From Botryllus schlosseri (lineage: Eukaryota), in contig CM119371.1 in NCBI GenBank assembly GCA_051294905.1, positions 32,304,001 to 32,368,000 on the forward strand: 64,000 bases of DNA, in the 5' to 3' direction. Position 1 is the stretch's first letter. Each line of letters opens with the position of its first letter. This document shows, one piece after another, positions 1 through 13,000 of this stretch. A program made the position numbers and the translations under genes. Under the pieces are notes generated by a model that saw only the letters and a program-made list of their open reading frames with translations, had not been told where the DNA came from and searched no databases.

Positions 1-788
1 AAAGAAGTATTAAAACGAACAGCTGCTGATATATATCATCACCGAGCCATTATTTGCCATTTCTCGTAACGTTAGCTTGCAGTGTCCGTATTAAGCGGAA
101 CGCAGAATTTTATGTTCACTTTATCTTTTTCTCGTATGACTTTACTTGAAACGGGCGCCAATCGTTATTTCGCAATGGCATTCGTATTGTGGGGCTCCAA
201 TTAGACGGACAGGACTATTCGTCACGCCCATCCAGCGTGGCTATTGACAATGGACACATAACTAAAATTTCGGCTTAGGTCTTTCTTTGGGGGCACACTT
301 CATAAAGTCGCATGCTGGTCGAAACTGCATATGTCTTTTGGTGTGTCGTGGCGCGGTAATGACCGGCACCGAAATGCCTATTTCTTTAAATCAGGCATGC
401 TTTTTTCTTTGGGGGAGACTTATGGATTTCAAAGTCAAGCTATCTAGAGACGTTAAATCGCGAAGCTCGAAGAAAATTTTCAAGTTAATTAAATCTCTCA
501 AAAGATACTCTATAATTTATGTTGATTTACCAAATACTTCTTAGTCCCCGTCGAGCTCGCTCCCCACCCTATTGAAGAGTTTAGGGTGCGGCAGCTACGT
601 ACGTGGCAAAGAATGCAAATTGGTGGGTGCGATAAATCATCCCCTAAGTGTGACAATGGACATATTATGACGTGACAAGCAAATGACGTATCATCTATAA
701 AGAAAGTTGTTATCACATTGCCTTCTAATCGCAATCCTTATATTGTCTTCTAATATATCTTCTAAGATTCGCTCCTAGCCAGATAAAT

Positions 789-941
789 GTAATCGTGAGT
801 AATCGTGATTACTTTTCCAATGTAATCGTAATCGTAATCGACTACTTCCTGATTTTGCTGTAATCGTAATCGTAATCGCGTGATTCCGAAGTAATCGTAA
901 TCGCAATCGATTACATTCATGAAGTAATCACCCCATGTCTG
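789..941. mobile_element. Right end of a hAT-like MITE with (GTAATC)n subterminal repeats; left end not found in the window
   Basis: About 12 GTAATC/GATTAC units ending in GTAATCACCCCATGTCTG, a CAG-type terminus in reverse. Confidence 0.55.
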
Positions 942-1309
942 GTTGCAGTATGGTCAGTAATTTTGTTGGCGCATTTTGACAGTGAATCTTGTTAATTTGA
1001 CGTCATATCCAGATTTTGAGTCTTGCAGGCGTACCTGGACTCCACCCCAACGTCGCCGCCAATTCTCAACACTGTTACCTTACCGATATCACTACCTTAA
1101 TTAAGGGAGCAAGCTCGAAGGGGACCAAACATTTTCATAGAGGATGTTTTCTTCAATTTGGAAAACAGCTCTTGATTTTCATAACCCTAAAGAATAATTA
1201 AATTATACAATGTAGACTCCAATAAGATATATCTTGACTGTATTGCAGCAATAGTACTAAATGCCAAAGCCTAAACTCAGATTCTAGCGTATGATCTGTA
1301 CAACTATAG

Positions 1310-3094
1310 CAATGGCCGGGAACCTATGGCTCGCGAGCCATATATGGCTCTTTTGGGTATAAGATATGGCTCTTTGCCAAATATTTATTTCTGTACTGAA
1401 TTGATCAATATCGCAGCGACTTGTTGGTAAATTTTCATCACGGCCAAAATAATTATTCTCGTGGCAGTATAGACATGTCTTTGAGAGGTAAAGACAATGC
1501 CGTCTTCGGGTTTAGGGGCTCGGAGCCCCTCTCTTCAAAATCATCAAATTTAGATTACTGTCACGCCGGCGGCCAATATCACTCGCAAATTCCATGCGCC
1601 AGTTTTGTTTGTGATATACTGGAGCCGAATCTCGGCACCTGTTAATTGGCAGACTAATGATTAGTTCTCTGATTGCGCCGTTTATTTAGTTGCCTGACAT
1701 AACGACTACTCGTGCTGGTTCTGTAATATACGTTTATCGTGTGGCCAAATCGTTTCGTGGTGCAACAGAGAGTACAGGCTTCGTATCCTGGCGTGGTGGC
1801 AGCGATGGGATCCCAACCCACGCCATCGAAATGACTACTGACTCAAACCTCCCGGCGATGTATTTGAATCGAAATCATGAATTGTGCGATACGAAGAGCA
1901 CAGCCGATATGGCGACGCCCATTTCAAAACGCAGTTTTCAAATACACATTGTCTTCCTGATCTATGGCGCGAAATTAACTGTTGTGCATGTGACAATTGT
2001 GACATTCACAATTACAAACTCGAATTACAGACAACGCCATAGCTATCCACGTTCCATTTTCTCCACGTTCGGTGTAGTATAAAATGTATGCGTGTTGCGC
2101 AACGTTATGTTACCTCCGAATACTTTGAGAATGGAGAGGTCGATAAGTATTTATGGCGGAGATAATAAAGTAGGATTAGCAATAAAAGTCGATTATCGCG
2201 TTCGTCAGGATTTATCAACCCAGGATTAAGGAAACCGGTTGATGGCAGCGCATAAATTAGTGGTAATCTCTTGATTTAACAAACCGGAACAAACTATAGA
2301 TAACTGGTTATCTACAAAAACTGCGTACCATTCCTACGCACAAATATTTATAATAATGACCGTGCCGATGGTCTCCTAGGTAATAGCTTCACTAATTATG
2401 TACCCGCCATTGCAGAGCGATACCAATATTCTATAATCCATTTCTTAGCTGTACCGAACGAATTGGACACGACCTTCATTTCGCGATGATGATAATTCGA
2501 CATATTACAGTGGTGGTGTCGCTATCAGCAGGCTGCTGTTTCATTCAACAAATTGACAACTGATGGCCTATAACGCGTTTTCGCTTGATTCCAACTTGAT
2601 GAGTCGCGATTAGCAGTATTTAATCACACGATTAGCAATATTCTGGATCAGCTAATTTTATTATCTCTGCCTGAGATGCGTCCCGATTAGCAGTTTTTAA
2701 TCACATGATTAGCATTCTCCCGGATCAGCTGACTTTATTATCGCCGCCCTTAGATTTTCGGAATCAGTGTGACAGTCACATTCGATTAATATCAGTTATA
2801 ATAAATTCTAAGCTATTTATACAATGAATTGCGTTATCCTTGGTGGTGGCTTGGCCCGTCTGCGTCTTACCTCTCGTTTCGAGCTTTATTTTCGAACAAT
2901 AAATACCAGTTTTTACAGAGAAAACGTGGCGCACACGAGGAATCCCATGTAGGGAGTTCGAATTAGTGCTACCATGACGTCACGAACTTGCAATTGTGAC
3001 GTAACAGTTGATTGGCATGTATGGCTCTTTGGGAGTTGAGATGGAAAAATAGGGCCAATATGGCTCTTCGGGCAAGAAAGGTTCCCGACCACTG
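1310..3094. mobile_element. Non-autonomous hAT (Buster/Charlie-like) element, family A, copy 1
   Basis: TIRs CAATGGCCGGGAACCT / AGGTTCCCGACCACTG; perfect 8-bp TSD AACTATAG (1302-1309, 3095-3102); homologous to 22658-23521. Confidence 0.9.
2154..2749. mobile_element. PIF/Harbinger (Tourist-like) MITE nested in hAT family A
   Basis: 18-bp TIRs TGGCGGAGATAATAAAGT / ACTTTATTATCGCCGCCC (16/18), TTA on both sides; absent from the family A copy at 22658; diverged reverse copy at 16511-17152. Confidence 0.8.
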
Positions 3095-3676
3095 AACTAT
3101 AGGGTAGCAGCGTTCACTTCGGCGATTGCAATACAGGTAGATTGCTAGGTCTTTTCGGTTGATCGTGAGAACCTATCGGTAGCCGGGCAGAAAAACTGAT
3201 CCTACGATATATGTGGCGAAACGTGCGCTACTTAACGTAAAATATACCTGCCACAGCGTAGATTAACACCATAATAACTAAAGCAGTAATTTTAAACCTG
3301 TTGGATGGTATATACGCACATGTGCGAATGAAAAAACAAATTGAAGTGCACATGAAAAGCCCCGCAACTTTTGTCACAAAGGGCATGACGTCAAAACGAG
3401 GAAAAAGAAGTTTGTCTTCTTGATGGGCAACTTAATAGCCTAACGCGGGAGCTTTGGAGCTAGAACTTTTGCCCGACTGGTCTGAAATTGCCAGAAGTAT
3501 TCAGCAGCAACCGACGGTGATCAACCGGTTGGAAACCGGTTGGAAATAATTTGAATAAAAAGGTGTTTACTCTCTTCATTTCGATTTTGTGAAATAATTT
3601 CGGGTGGTTTATGCGGGTGAAATTTCCACAAAAACAACAACGATTCTCAAAAACGTTGAAAAGAATTGAACTAGAC

Positions 3677-4975
3677 CAGTGGTTCTTAACCTTTTTTCCG
3701 CCAGCGCCCCCTTTCAAAAATTATTGTGTTCCAGCGCCCCCCCCCAAACTTCCCAACTTCGTAAGGAATGTCATAAAGACAATGAGTAAGAGGGAGGGCC
3801 GTAACAGCACTTCGTCAACCCCCTAAAAACGATTGCCTTGCGCACTCATAGCGTGATAAACCGAACTTCTGAGGGCTTCGCCTTCACGAACCGCCTATCG
3901 TGATTTCGATGGTCAGCAAAGTTTGTGTGGCCTGGTCGCCCTAGGTACCAAAATTTTCTATAATGCATGAATGAATAGGTAGTAATTACATATATAAGTC
4001 GCGATAAACTGAGTGAGCTGTTGTATAGGAAAATAAAGGGCACGTAATTAATAATTAAACATATTCGGGCGTGCCCGCAGGTACAATTATTCGTTACCAG
4101 GGCCGTAACAGCACTGCGTCAGCCCCCCCCCCCAAACAAAAAACGTTGGTCCAGGGCCCCACTCGGGTGATAAACCAAAGCTTCCGGGGGACTTCACTCC
4201 CAGACCCCCATTAGGCTGTCCTCTATTTGCTGAAAGCCTGTTAGGTATCTACATTGGGTGTCCATTTACTGAGGCAGCTATTCTCGCCTATTCGCGCAAA
4301 GCGAATGAATTACCTTTTTTTAGTCTATACGCACTGTTGTCCAGGGGTCAGCGCAGTGAGTTGTTGAGTGTGCGCAGACTCATCAAAACTTAAAACGAAC
4401 ATTGTGAGGTTTCTTGGAAACTGTAGGGCCCGTTACTAATAATTAAACATATTCGGGCGGGCGAACCCGTTGGTATGACTTCGTTGCATGATGTTATTTC
4501 GTGACCCCCTGTCTGCAATACCAAAAAATATAGAATCGCTCAACGGGGATATCGCCCAACAGGAATATCCCTGTAGCCCAATCGTACTAAACTAAAAGAC
4601 GCACACGATTTCAGATTGGCATTTCTTCACTGACATATAATTTTCCCTGCCAGATGGAATTCGTCTTCTGGGGTTCAGATTGCCAAGACAGGAACATTCG
4701 GTGTCAGTCATTTAGGCGCCCATGGACAATTAAACCTATTATATGTATTTTGAAGGCTATATGTAACGAAGTTTTCGGTGTTAATTTGCTCTGAATACTC
4801 ATTAAGGATATGTCCCATCACCACATCATCTACTGCGAAGCCATTTTTCTCCAGCGCCCCCCATACCGCCCCCCTGAGCCCAGCGCCCCCCCATATCGCC
4901 CCCTGAGCGTTTCCGACCCCTTCAAAATCGCCAGCGCCCCCTGGGGGGCGCTGGGGGCAAGGTTAAGAACCACTG
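3677..4975. mobile_element. Non-autonomous hAT (Buster-like) element, family B, copy 1
   Basis: TIRs CAGTGGTTCTTAACCTT / AAGGTTAAGAACCACTG; TSD AACTAGAC on both sides; CCAGCGCCCC subterminal repeats; near-identical to 6812-8344 and 25170-26547. Confidence 0.93.
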
Positions 4976-5355
4976 AACTAGACTATAGAGAATATCAGTA
5001 TGAGCTGGTGTAGTAGCACTGGGAAGTAAATGTGGTTGTTCACTATGATACCTCGTTAAGGTGTTGCGGATGTTAGCCTTAAAATCGACAGGAGAATGGT
5101 GACGCGTGTAATCCGTGGCCTACATGTTTCCAATTTCGGTTGGCATAATGTCTACTCTGCATGTTTGATTGATTAGTGGACCAGGTTTCGATTCCAATAC
5201 ACGTATTGTTCAGTAACACTCCACTACGAGTATACGCTCACAGCATTATTATGACGTTAAAAGAGACTCTGGATTGCAGTTTCGGAATATCAGCTTCTCT
5301 TCCGAAGCCAGCTTGCCGAGATTATCCAATCCGACTTAACACGGACTATCGAGAC

Positions 5356-6803
5356 CAGGGGTGGGCAAACTTTTGAGCTCGCGGGCCGCATTCAACATTT
5401 GGATCCATTCGCGGCCGCACTATTTAAAATTGGGATTATAAACCAAAACACAATATTGGTATTTGATTATATAGCGAGGACATGGAGATAATCTATATGC
5501 TTATTTAAAACCAACCAAATATTGCTTTGACGAAATCGTACACGCGTCAGAAACAGTGGCGAGACTTTATAGGATGGTCGATCTCAAAAACCAATTTGTC
5601 AAAACTATAGGGATGAAAGTCGGTTTGTCCCGATTCTTAGAAAATGGACTGCAATTGAAATCGGTGAGCAGCTATCTTTTCATAGATTTGCTAATTCTAC
5701 TTTTGGGTCAGTTCCAGGACGCGCAATGCTGACAGCATCAAAACCATATTATCTTCAAACACGCTTCTACTACGAGTAGATAAAATATAAATAGCCTGCT
5801 TTTACGCCAGGGGGTGGGCAACATTTTGGCTTACTATACGAGCCGAAATCACGAGTGGGCACTGGATTTTAGATTGGATTTAGATTTTTAGATTCACTAA
5901 TGAATTTCGTCATTAATATTAGTAGTTTTACATATTACTATCAAACTTTAACCTTTCTCGGCCCATGTGATCAGATCCACCGGTAGAGTTGATGGAGGGG
6001 GTGTTTTCGAGAATTTAAGGCCAGTTATAAATGATAATGCATCTCCGGGTGGGCCAATTGATGTTAGTCACTCTTTTGCAAGCTGTTATTTCTTGATCTC
6101 CTATCATATTGTCGGTATAGAGAGGTGCACACGATTCCGAGTTGGTATTTTAATATGAGGCGCATCATTTTCGTCTGCTTTTCGCATCTGTACTGTGAGG
6201 CTTTGATGGCAAAGACCGTTACTATTAAAATCGAAAAAGGAAGTGAAATTGAATCGCACGCAGCGCGAAGAAAATTTCAAGACTAATTAAAATCTTTCAA
6301 GAAATCGGGAGTCAACTCGTAAATTCAAATTGCATGTCGATGGCCGCCAACGCATACTAATTGAATTTCGCGTCCACGGCCGCACAAATTTCGTTTACGG
6401 CCGCAGATTGGCCACCCCTGTTTGACGCATACAGAGAACGAATCTACCTAATACACGCGCGAATCGTTTTCTCCAAGCACAGCACTTAAATTATTAAACG
6501 TTGCTGGAGTGGCCAATCTGCAATCACACTGGGGATCCGAATTATATCAATCCCGGTTAGGATTTCTGTGATGTTTAGCAGTCCAAATTCAAAATGTGTG
6601 GGCCTTGAGTTGAAGTCGGGTTGTCGCGCCAGAAATTACACATAAAAAAATAATATAGGCAGTATTTACCTTAGAATTAACATGGTAAAATATATTAGGA
6701 AAAAGTTTAATCCAGTCCCTGTAGATTTTTAGACCACATTTATTCAATATTTTTAATAAGTTTCTTGAGACTCTCGCGGGCCGCGGGCCGTAGTCTGCCC
6801 ACC
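5356..6803. mobile_element. Non-autonomous hAT element (CAGGGGTGGGCAAAC type), right TIR missing its last 4 nt
   Basis: Left CAGGGGTGGGCAAACTTTTGAGCTCGCGGGCCGC, right CGCGGGCCGTAGTCTGCCCACC; flanks ATCGAGAC / ATCTAGAC (7/8). Confidence 0.7.
5808..6420. mobile_element. hAT MITE nested in 5356-6803
   Basis: TIRs CAGGGGGTGGGCAA / TTGGCCACCCCTG; TSD TTTTACGC / TTTGACGC (7/8). Confidence 0.75.
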
Positions 6804-6811
6804 ATCTAGAC

Positions 6812-8344
6812 CAGTGGTTCTTAACCTTTTTTCTTCCAGCGCCCCATTTCAAAAATTATTGTGCTCCAGCGCCCCCCACCTTCATATTGTCAGGAATGTA
6901 ATAAAGACAATGAGTAAGAGGGAGGGCCGTAACAGCACTTCGTCAACCCCCCTAAAAACGATTGCCTTGCGCACCCATAGCGTGATAAACCAAACTTCTG
7001 AGGGCTTCGCCCCCACGAATCCCATGGCGTGATTTCGATGGTCAGCAAAGTTTGTGTGGCCTGGTCGCCCTAGGTACCAAACTTTTCTATAATGCATGAA
7101 TGAATAGGTGGTAATCACATCGCTATAAACGTCTTATCCTCTCAGCCCACGTAATCAGATTTACCAGTAGCTCTGAGTGAGCTGTTGTATAGGAAATTAA
7201 AGGGCACGTAATTAATAATTAAACATATTCGGGCGTGCCCGCAGATACAATTATTCGTTACCAGGGCCGTAACAGCACTTCGTCAGCCCCCCCCCCCAAA
7301 CAAAAAACGTTGGTCCTGGGCCCCCATCGGGTGATAAACCAAACTTCCGGGGGACTTCACTCCCAAACCCCCATTAGGCTGTCCGCTATTTGCTGATAGC
7401 CTATTAGGTATCTACATTGGGTGTCCATTTACTGAGGCAGCTATTCTCGCCTAGTCGCGTGAAGTGCGAAAAATTTCACTAATTAATGATTGAATTGGTC
7501 AATATCATCGGGAATTTCATGTAAATTGAGATCAATTTTTATCCTCTCTCTTCTCACGTAAACACATTTACCGGTAGAGCTGAGTGAGGTGCAATGTGCC
7601 CTCTAAGCTGCGCACGCGCGCAGTGCTGACACGGTCTCTGCGCACAGAAAATCTACGTTGCGCACAATAAATCCGGAGTTATTACCTTTTTTTAGTCGTT
7701 GCGCACTGTTGTCTAAGGGTCAGCGCAGTATGTTGTTGAGTGTGCGCAGACTCATCAAAACTTAAAGCGAACATTGTGAGGTTTCTTGGAAACTGTAGGG
7801 CCCGTTACTAATAATTAAACATATTCGGGCGGGCGAGCCCGTTGGTATGACTTCGTTGCATGATGTTATTTCGTGACCCCCTGTCTGCAATATCCAAAAA
7901 ATATAGAATCGCTCAACGGGGATATCGCCCAACAGGAATATCCCTGTCGCCCAATCGTACTAAACTAAAAGACGCACACGATTTCAGATTGGTATTTTTT
8001 CACTGACATATAATTTTTCCCTGCCAGATGGAATTCGTCTTCTGGGGTTCAGATTGCCAAGACAGGAACATTCGGTGTCAGTCATTTAGGCGCCCATGGA
8101 CAATTAAACCTATATGTATTTTGAAGGCTATATGTAACGAAGTTTTCGGTGTTAATTTGCTCTGAATACTCATTAAGGATATGTCCCATCACCACATCAT
8201 CTACTGCGAAGCCATTTTTCTCCAGCGCCCCCCATACCGCCCCTGAGCCCAGCGCCCCCCATATCGCCCCCTGAGCGTTTCCGCTCCACTTCAAAATCGC
8301 CAGCGCCCCCTGGGGGGCGCTGGGGGCAAGGTTAAGAACCACTG
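6812..8344. mobile_element. hAT family B, copy 2 (longest), containing a small internal MITE at 7592-7776
   Basis: Same TIRs as 3677-4975; perfect TSD ATCTAGAC (6804-6811, 8345-8352); internal CAATGTGCCCTCTAAG...CTTAAAGCGAACATTG inverted termini. Confidence 0.93.
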
Positions 8345-9066
8345 ATCTAGACTCTAGAGTGGCAATGGCAATATATGACTTGGCAAAATACAACTCGATA
8401 ACGGTATTTGACAGAGGGATCGCCTTGGACCGTACCACCACACCATATACGAAAACACATACGGCAGGGGATCTCAACACGTGGCTCGTAGACGCTTATT
8501 TTGTGACCCACAACATCTTTGACTATTATATGAGCGCAACTATACTACTGATACTGTGTTGTTACATTTTAATGTAGCTACTTAGCTCTCTCATGGCACC
8601 GTCTCTGTTTTGTTGACAATTCGGTTGACAATTCGAAATTCAGAGTATTACCAGTTATTAGTTAGGTATAGTTGCGGATTGTTAAAGGTCGTAACTTCTA
8701 ATTCTTGTTCTATTTGTTAGTTATGCGAAGTGAGTATGTTTCTAGTTCTAGCGCAAGCGCATCTTGAAAATCAATAAGTCCGCTAGGGAGCAATATGGAT
8801 TGCTGTAGACCTGAAATCCCACGATAGTTGACAAGATTACCCTCACAGACACAGATTTATGCTCATACATGTTCTGTTGAATCGCTATAACCCACAGTGT
8901 GTTTCTTTGTTGGCATCGCAAGGGCAGATATCCCCGCGTGTCCGCGCACTTGATTCTATAAAATGCTTGCTATATCCGGCGATTATACGAACGCTTCAAA
9001 GAAGTCGTTATTGAGCTTCCGAATCGGCATCAGTTTCATGAATCAAATGGCACAGTCAGAGGCGAC

Positions 9067-10491
9067 ACTGCCCGCGTATTGTTTCGCTCCTAAATTCCAC
9101 CTACAGCGGCTCCAGACGATACAAAACACAGCGCTACGGATCTGCTGTGGAGCTATGCGTAGCACACCCGTCTGCGTATTGCAAGCAGCGTGCGGCGAAA
9201 TGCCCTTACACATACGCCACAAGTATCTAAGCATGAAATACCGATGCCAATTACTTGGACAACAACCGTCTCGACATCCTTGTCTTAACGTAATAGAAGA
9301 CTCATGGCATGAAATATACTGCATCACAAAACCGAATTTCAAACCTTTTAACATCATTTCACGATCGCATATTCTCGACAGCGTGACTGTTGAGACACAA
9401 CAGTGGTTAACCACGCCACCATGGACAATGCCGATCCCCGCCGCAGACCTGGATCTACTTAAATACACTTCGAAATGCGAAATACTGGAAAACATCAAAT
9501 CCATATGGCTAGATTTCATGTTTGAACGATATGGGGGCAGTGTGGCAATCTACACAGACGGCTCCAAAAATTCCAATGGCGCTGGTTACGGGTTATATAT
9601 TCCTGTACATGATATCGCAATCTCTCGTACCTGCTCACCGATATCATCAGCCTATACAATGAAATTGAAGGCGATTCAGCATGCATTATTTTGGATACTC
9701 GACCACGGCACGCGAAACTAGAGTTACGTCATCTTCTCAGATTGCCTATCCGCATTAACGGCGGTTTCTAGACCTCTGAACCGACCATCAAATAACGTGA
9801 TTGTATCCATATTAGAAATATTTAAACGTATCCATGATACTGCTATCACTGTTGAATTTTCTTGGGTTCCAGGACACGCAGGAATTCCAGGTAACGAGAA
9901 GGCAGACGAATTAGCCCGAGTAGGCTCGTCAACGCAAGATCGATCGAGCCATACTCCAATCATTACCGTGCCAGACGCCAAAGCCGCGATGAAGAGAGTT
10001 ACCCAGGAGATCTGGCAATGCGAATACTCTGCCGATGAACGTGCATGGATCACACTATAAACAATTCCACAGCACACTCACCACAGGACCCGAGAAAAAC
10101 GGCAGTCGCCATATCGCACGCCTGATATTTCGGCTACGGTCAGGACACTGTGGAGTAGCATCCCACTTATTCAGAATCGGCTGCTCGGACTCTCCAATGT
10201 GCGAAGAATGCGATGTCATCGAAACAGTCGAACACTTTTTAATATCATGCATTAAATACAACTTTCATCGATCGTTTTTAAGAACCTATTGCAATCAGTT
10301 ACATATGCCGTTCACCATACACGCAACCTACTCTCGTCATCGCAATTGTCCACCGCCGTCGCCGAGTTTGTGATAAGTTGTAATAAGTTCATTTAGTTAC
10401 TGGTTGATTTGAATTTCCTGATGACCGTGGCGCACAAGGCCATAACTGGCGAAAAGCACCACTCATATTTGTAATAATAATAATAATAATA
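9067..10491 (+). mobile_element. 5'-truncated I-group (I/Nimb/Ingi-like) non-LTR retrotransposon: post-RT region, RNase H and C-terminal CCHC zinc knuckle; disrupted
   Basis: LQRLQTIQNTALRICCGA..STP; RNase H motifs IYTDGSK, IFSDCLSAL, WVPGHAGIPGNEKADELAR; RLRSGH..CEEC..TVEHFLISC; stop at 9719-9721 and frameshift near 10058; (TAA)n tail 10472-10491; 15-bp TSD ACAGTCAGAGGCGAC (9052-9066, 10492-10506). Confidence 0.93.
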
Positions 10492-11417
10492 ACAGTCAGA
10501 GGCGACGTCTCGTTGAAAATTTGGGGAAACGTTTCGAACAATGACTTTGCGTCTGGCGTTTAACGTCATGGGCAGACCAACAATCGACGTGGCATGTTAA
10601 TTTGGGCCACACCTTGTATTGTTTCACAGCGTCTCGAGAATGGAACAGGTCTGATCAGCCCTCTCAAATCGTGTCGGACAAACCTGTGATGTGATATTAA
10701 TATTAGCTGATAAAGAGATGTAGAATAGGCCTAGCACGAAATCACACCTCGTCTACAATACAATCATCGCGATGATAATCAACTATAGATTAATACACGG
10801 TTATTGTCAACAAGCTAGTGTGGAAACGCATATCCAAACGGCGTAGTTCCGCTAAATTACGTGCTATCGCAAACAGAGTGATAAACGTCATTATCTTCGC
10901 AAGAAGTGGGGTTACACCAATTGAATCTATCTTCTGCATGAGAGAGGGCAAATTTGGTCATGCGATTTCTGCTGTTATCGGGCTTACCTAAAACGCATTT
11001 AAGATTTTGCAGACCTATGGGAAATTGGGGTGAAGATTTTTGAACATTCCATAAATTTAATCGACTATGTTTATTGATTTAGCACCTACCTCACGCGAAA
11101 CTGAGAAACTCTCAGGTAAACACGGAGTCGGACTATTCCTTGAATCTAAAATGGCCTTTTGAATGCACCTGGTTCTCCATGATCCTATCAATCCCTATAC
11201 ATAAAATCGATTCCAGCCGGAGCATGCGTTACAGTGGATACCATACGAATATAGGCATATTCATCATCTTTATCAAAAGATTAATTAGTAATTTTATCCT
11301 AACAAATACACCACAAGATTACGATTCAACGGGAAGATTGGCGACTTGGAGTAGTATTTGTGAACAGAAACACCATGTCCCTAGACCATGGGTCACCAAC
11401 TCAAAACGGATCGAGGG

Positions 11418-11830
11418 TAGGGTTGCATTTAAAACAGACGGTGTGTTAAAACTTTTTGTTTGAAACATTTTTAAACAGTGTTTTAAATAAAGGCATTAAA
11501 AAATTGTGTTTTTTCAAGTTGTAAAATTATGCCATAATTATGTAAATACTTTGTAAAAAATATGTTGTATGAGCCTATGCGGACAATTACCACCCAATAT
11601 AGCCGACGTGTATCGATGTGGGATGGTTGGAACCCGAAAAATAGTCGGTTCAACAGCAATAGTACAGATATTTCGTCAAGGGAGCTATATTTACCCTATA
11701 TTTCAATGTCAATCCACTATAACGTAACAATTGAATGAATATTCGTGACGTTATGGCTAAAAAAAAAACAATAAAAAACATATTTAAACATAATTGTTTT
11801 AATTTGATTTTTGTTTTAAATGCAACCCTA
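11418..11830. mobile_element. hAT-like MITE with perfect 19-bp TIRs, inserted in a fragment of the 58847 family that starts at 11387
   Basis: TAGGGTTGCATTTAAAACA / TGTTTTAAATGCAACCCTA; no TSD visible. Confidence 0.75.
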
Positions 11831-12127
11831 ACCATATACAAGAAATATCATGATCATCAACTTCATTCTATTTTGAGCTATGAGCTGGACACGATACCTG
11901 ATATCGCTTTACAGCGAATCATGAATCGGCATTGGGGATAGCGAGACCCAATATACCAGGGGCGGGCAACTTCTCTAGTCGGCGGGCCGGATATAGGAAA
12001 ATCAAGTACTTGGCGGGCCTGATTGCTGAATCGATACATTATTCGCCCATTTATCCACATATACAAGGAATACATCGTAATTAATGAATATTGCAGCAAA
12101 CAATACGTTCATATTGCAAATTTATCC

Positions 12128-12163
12128 CACTCGACGCTTTTCGACTGGCCCTCTTCAGGAATG
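12128..12163 (-). ncRNA. Minimal type I hammerhead ribozyme in Penelope pLTR (intact core)
   Basis: Reverse complement reads CAUUC-CUGAAGA-GGGCCAGUC-GAAA-AGCG-UC-GAGUG: stem I CAUUC/GAGUG, CUGANGA and GAAA core, UC cleavage site. Confidence 0.8.
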
Positions 12164-12964
12164 ACCGCCAGTAAATGAGGTTGACCAAGTTCGCAGTATA
12201 GAAAGAACTTTGTCGTTGTGACGTAATAATGACAAGTACACAGAGTCGCGAACGGGAGTAAACAGCGCACGGTTACGGTAAAACGTACACAAAATCAGCT
12301 GTAAAACAGCCGCACGACAAAACAACCCTTATAGAAGATTCCCAGCGCGTAGAGATGTTCCTTCTGGCGACAGAGGATCGGCTTTTACAGCTTTATGATA
12401 GTTTATTCAAGGACCTTTAAATGAAAAAGAGAACGACCACGAGCTACTATGGAAAACTGATTGTTATTGTAATGTTTTGCACAGTCTGGGTGTTTCAAGA
12501 GGTGCTGTCGGATGGCAGAATTACATGCTGTTACTTGGTCATAACCACGCATGGTAAATAGGGACTGTGGTGATGGAAAAGCCATGTCATCACCCTGCGA
12601 GTTCCTAATTTGAGGAGGGACGTGTTCACGAATTCTTTGTTGCAAGCGCTGAGATGTGCGACCCACATACCGACTGTCGCATCGGCACGTATATTGGTAA
12701 ATTATGTTACTCTGATCAATCGCAAGTAGCACATCCTTACGCGTTGCTGGTAGTGAAGATTTCGTAGTAAATATGACACGGGGTTCCACTTGTGGAAAAC
12801 AATGACACACGGAGCACTTAATCTGTTTTTCAAACCTGCCACAAGCTGTGCCTATCCACGGGAGATGCAAATAAATTGGGCAGTGGGCACCTTCTCGGTC
12901 CAAACGTCACAACGACAAAATTCTTTCTATATTTCAAACATGGTTAACCTCATTTACTAGCGGT

Positions 12965-13000
12965 CACTCCTGATGAGGGCCAGTCGAGAAGCTTCGAGTG
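12965..13000 (+). ncRNA. Hammerhead ribozyme copy in the inverted pLTR (GAAA mutated to GAGA)
   Basis: CACUC-CUGAUGA-GGGCCAGUC-GAGA-AGCU-UC-GAGUG with palindromic AAGCUU at stem III. Confidence 0.7.

Noticed and set aside
5030..5330. Similarity to 29140-29420 as a conserved non-coding element
   Set aside because: Both copies lie among MITE fragments; an old dispersed repeat is the simpler explanation.
3460..8480. Recurrent short ORFs in family B copies (also at 26185-26503)
   Set aside because: Chance ORFs in non-coding MITE sequence; frames break differently between copies.
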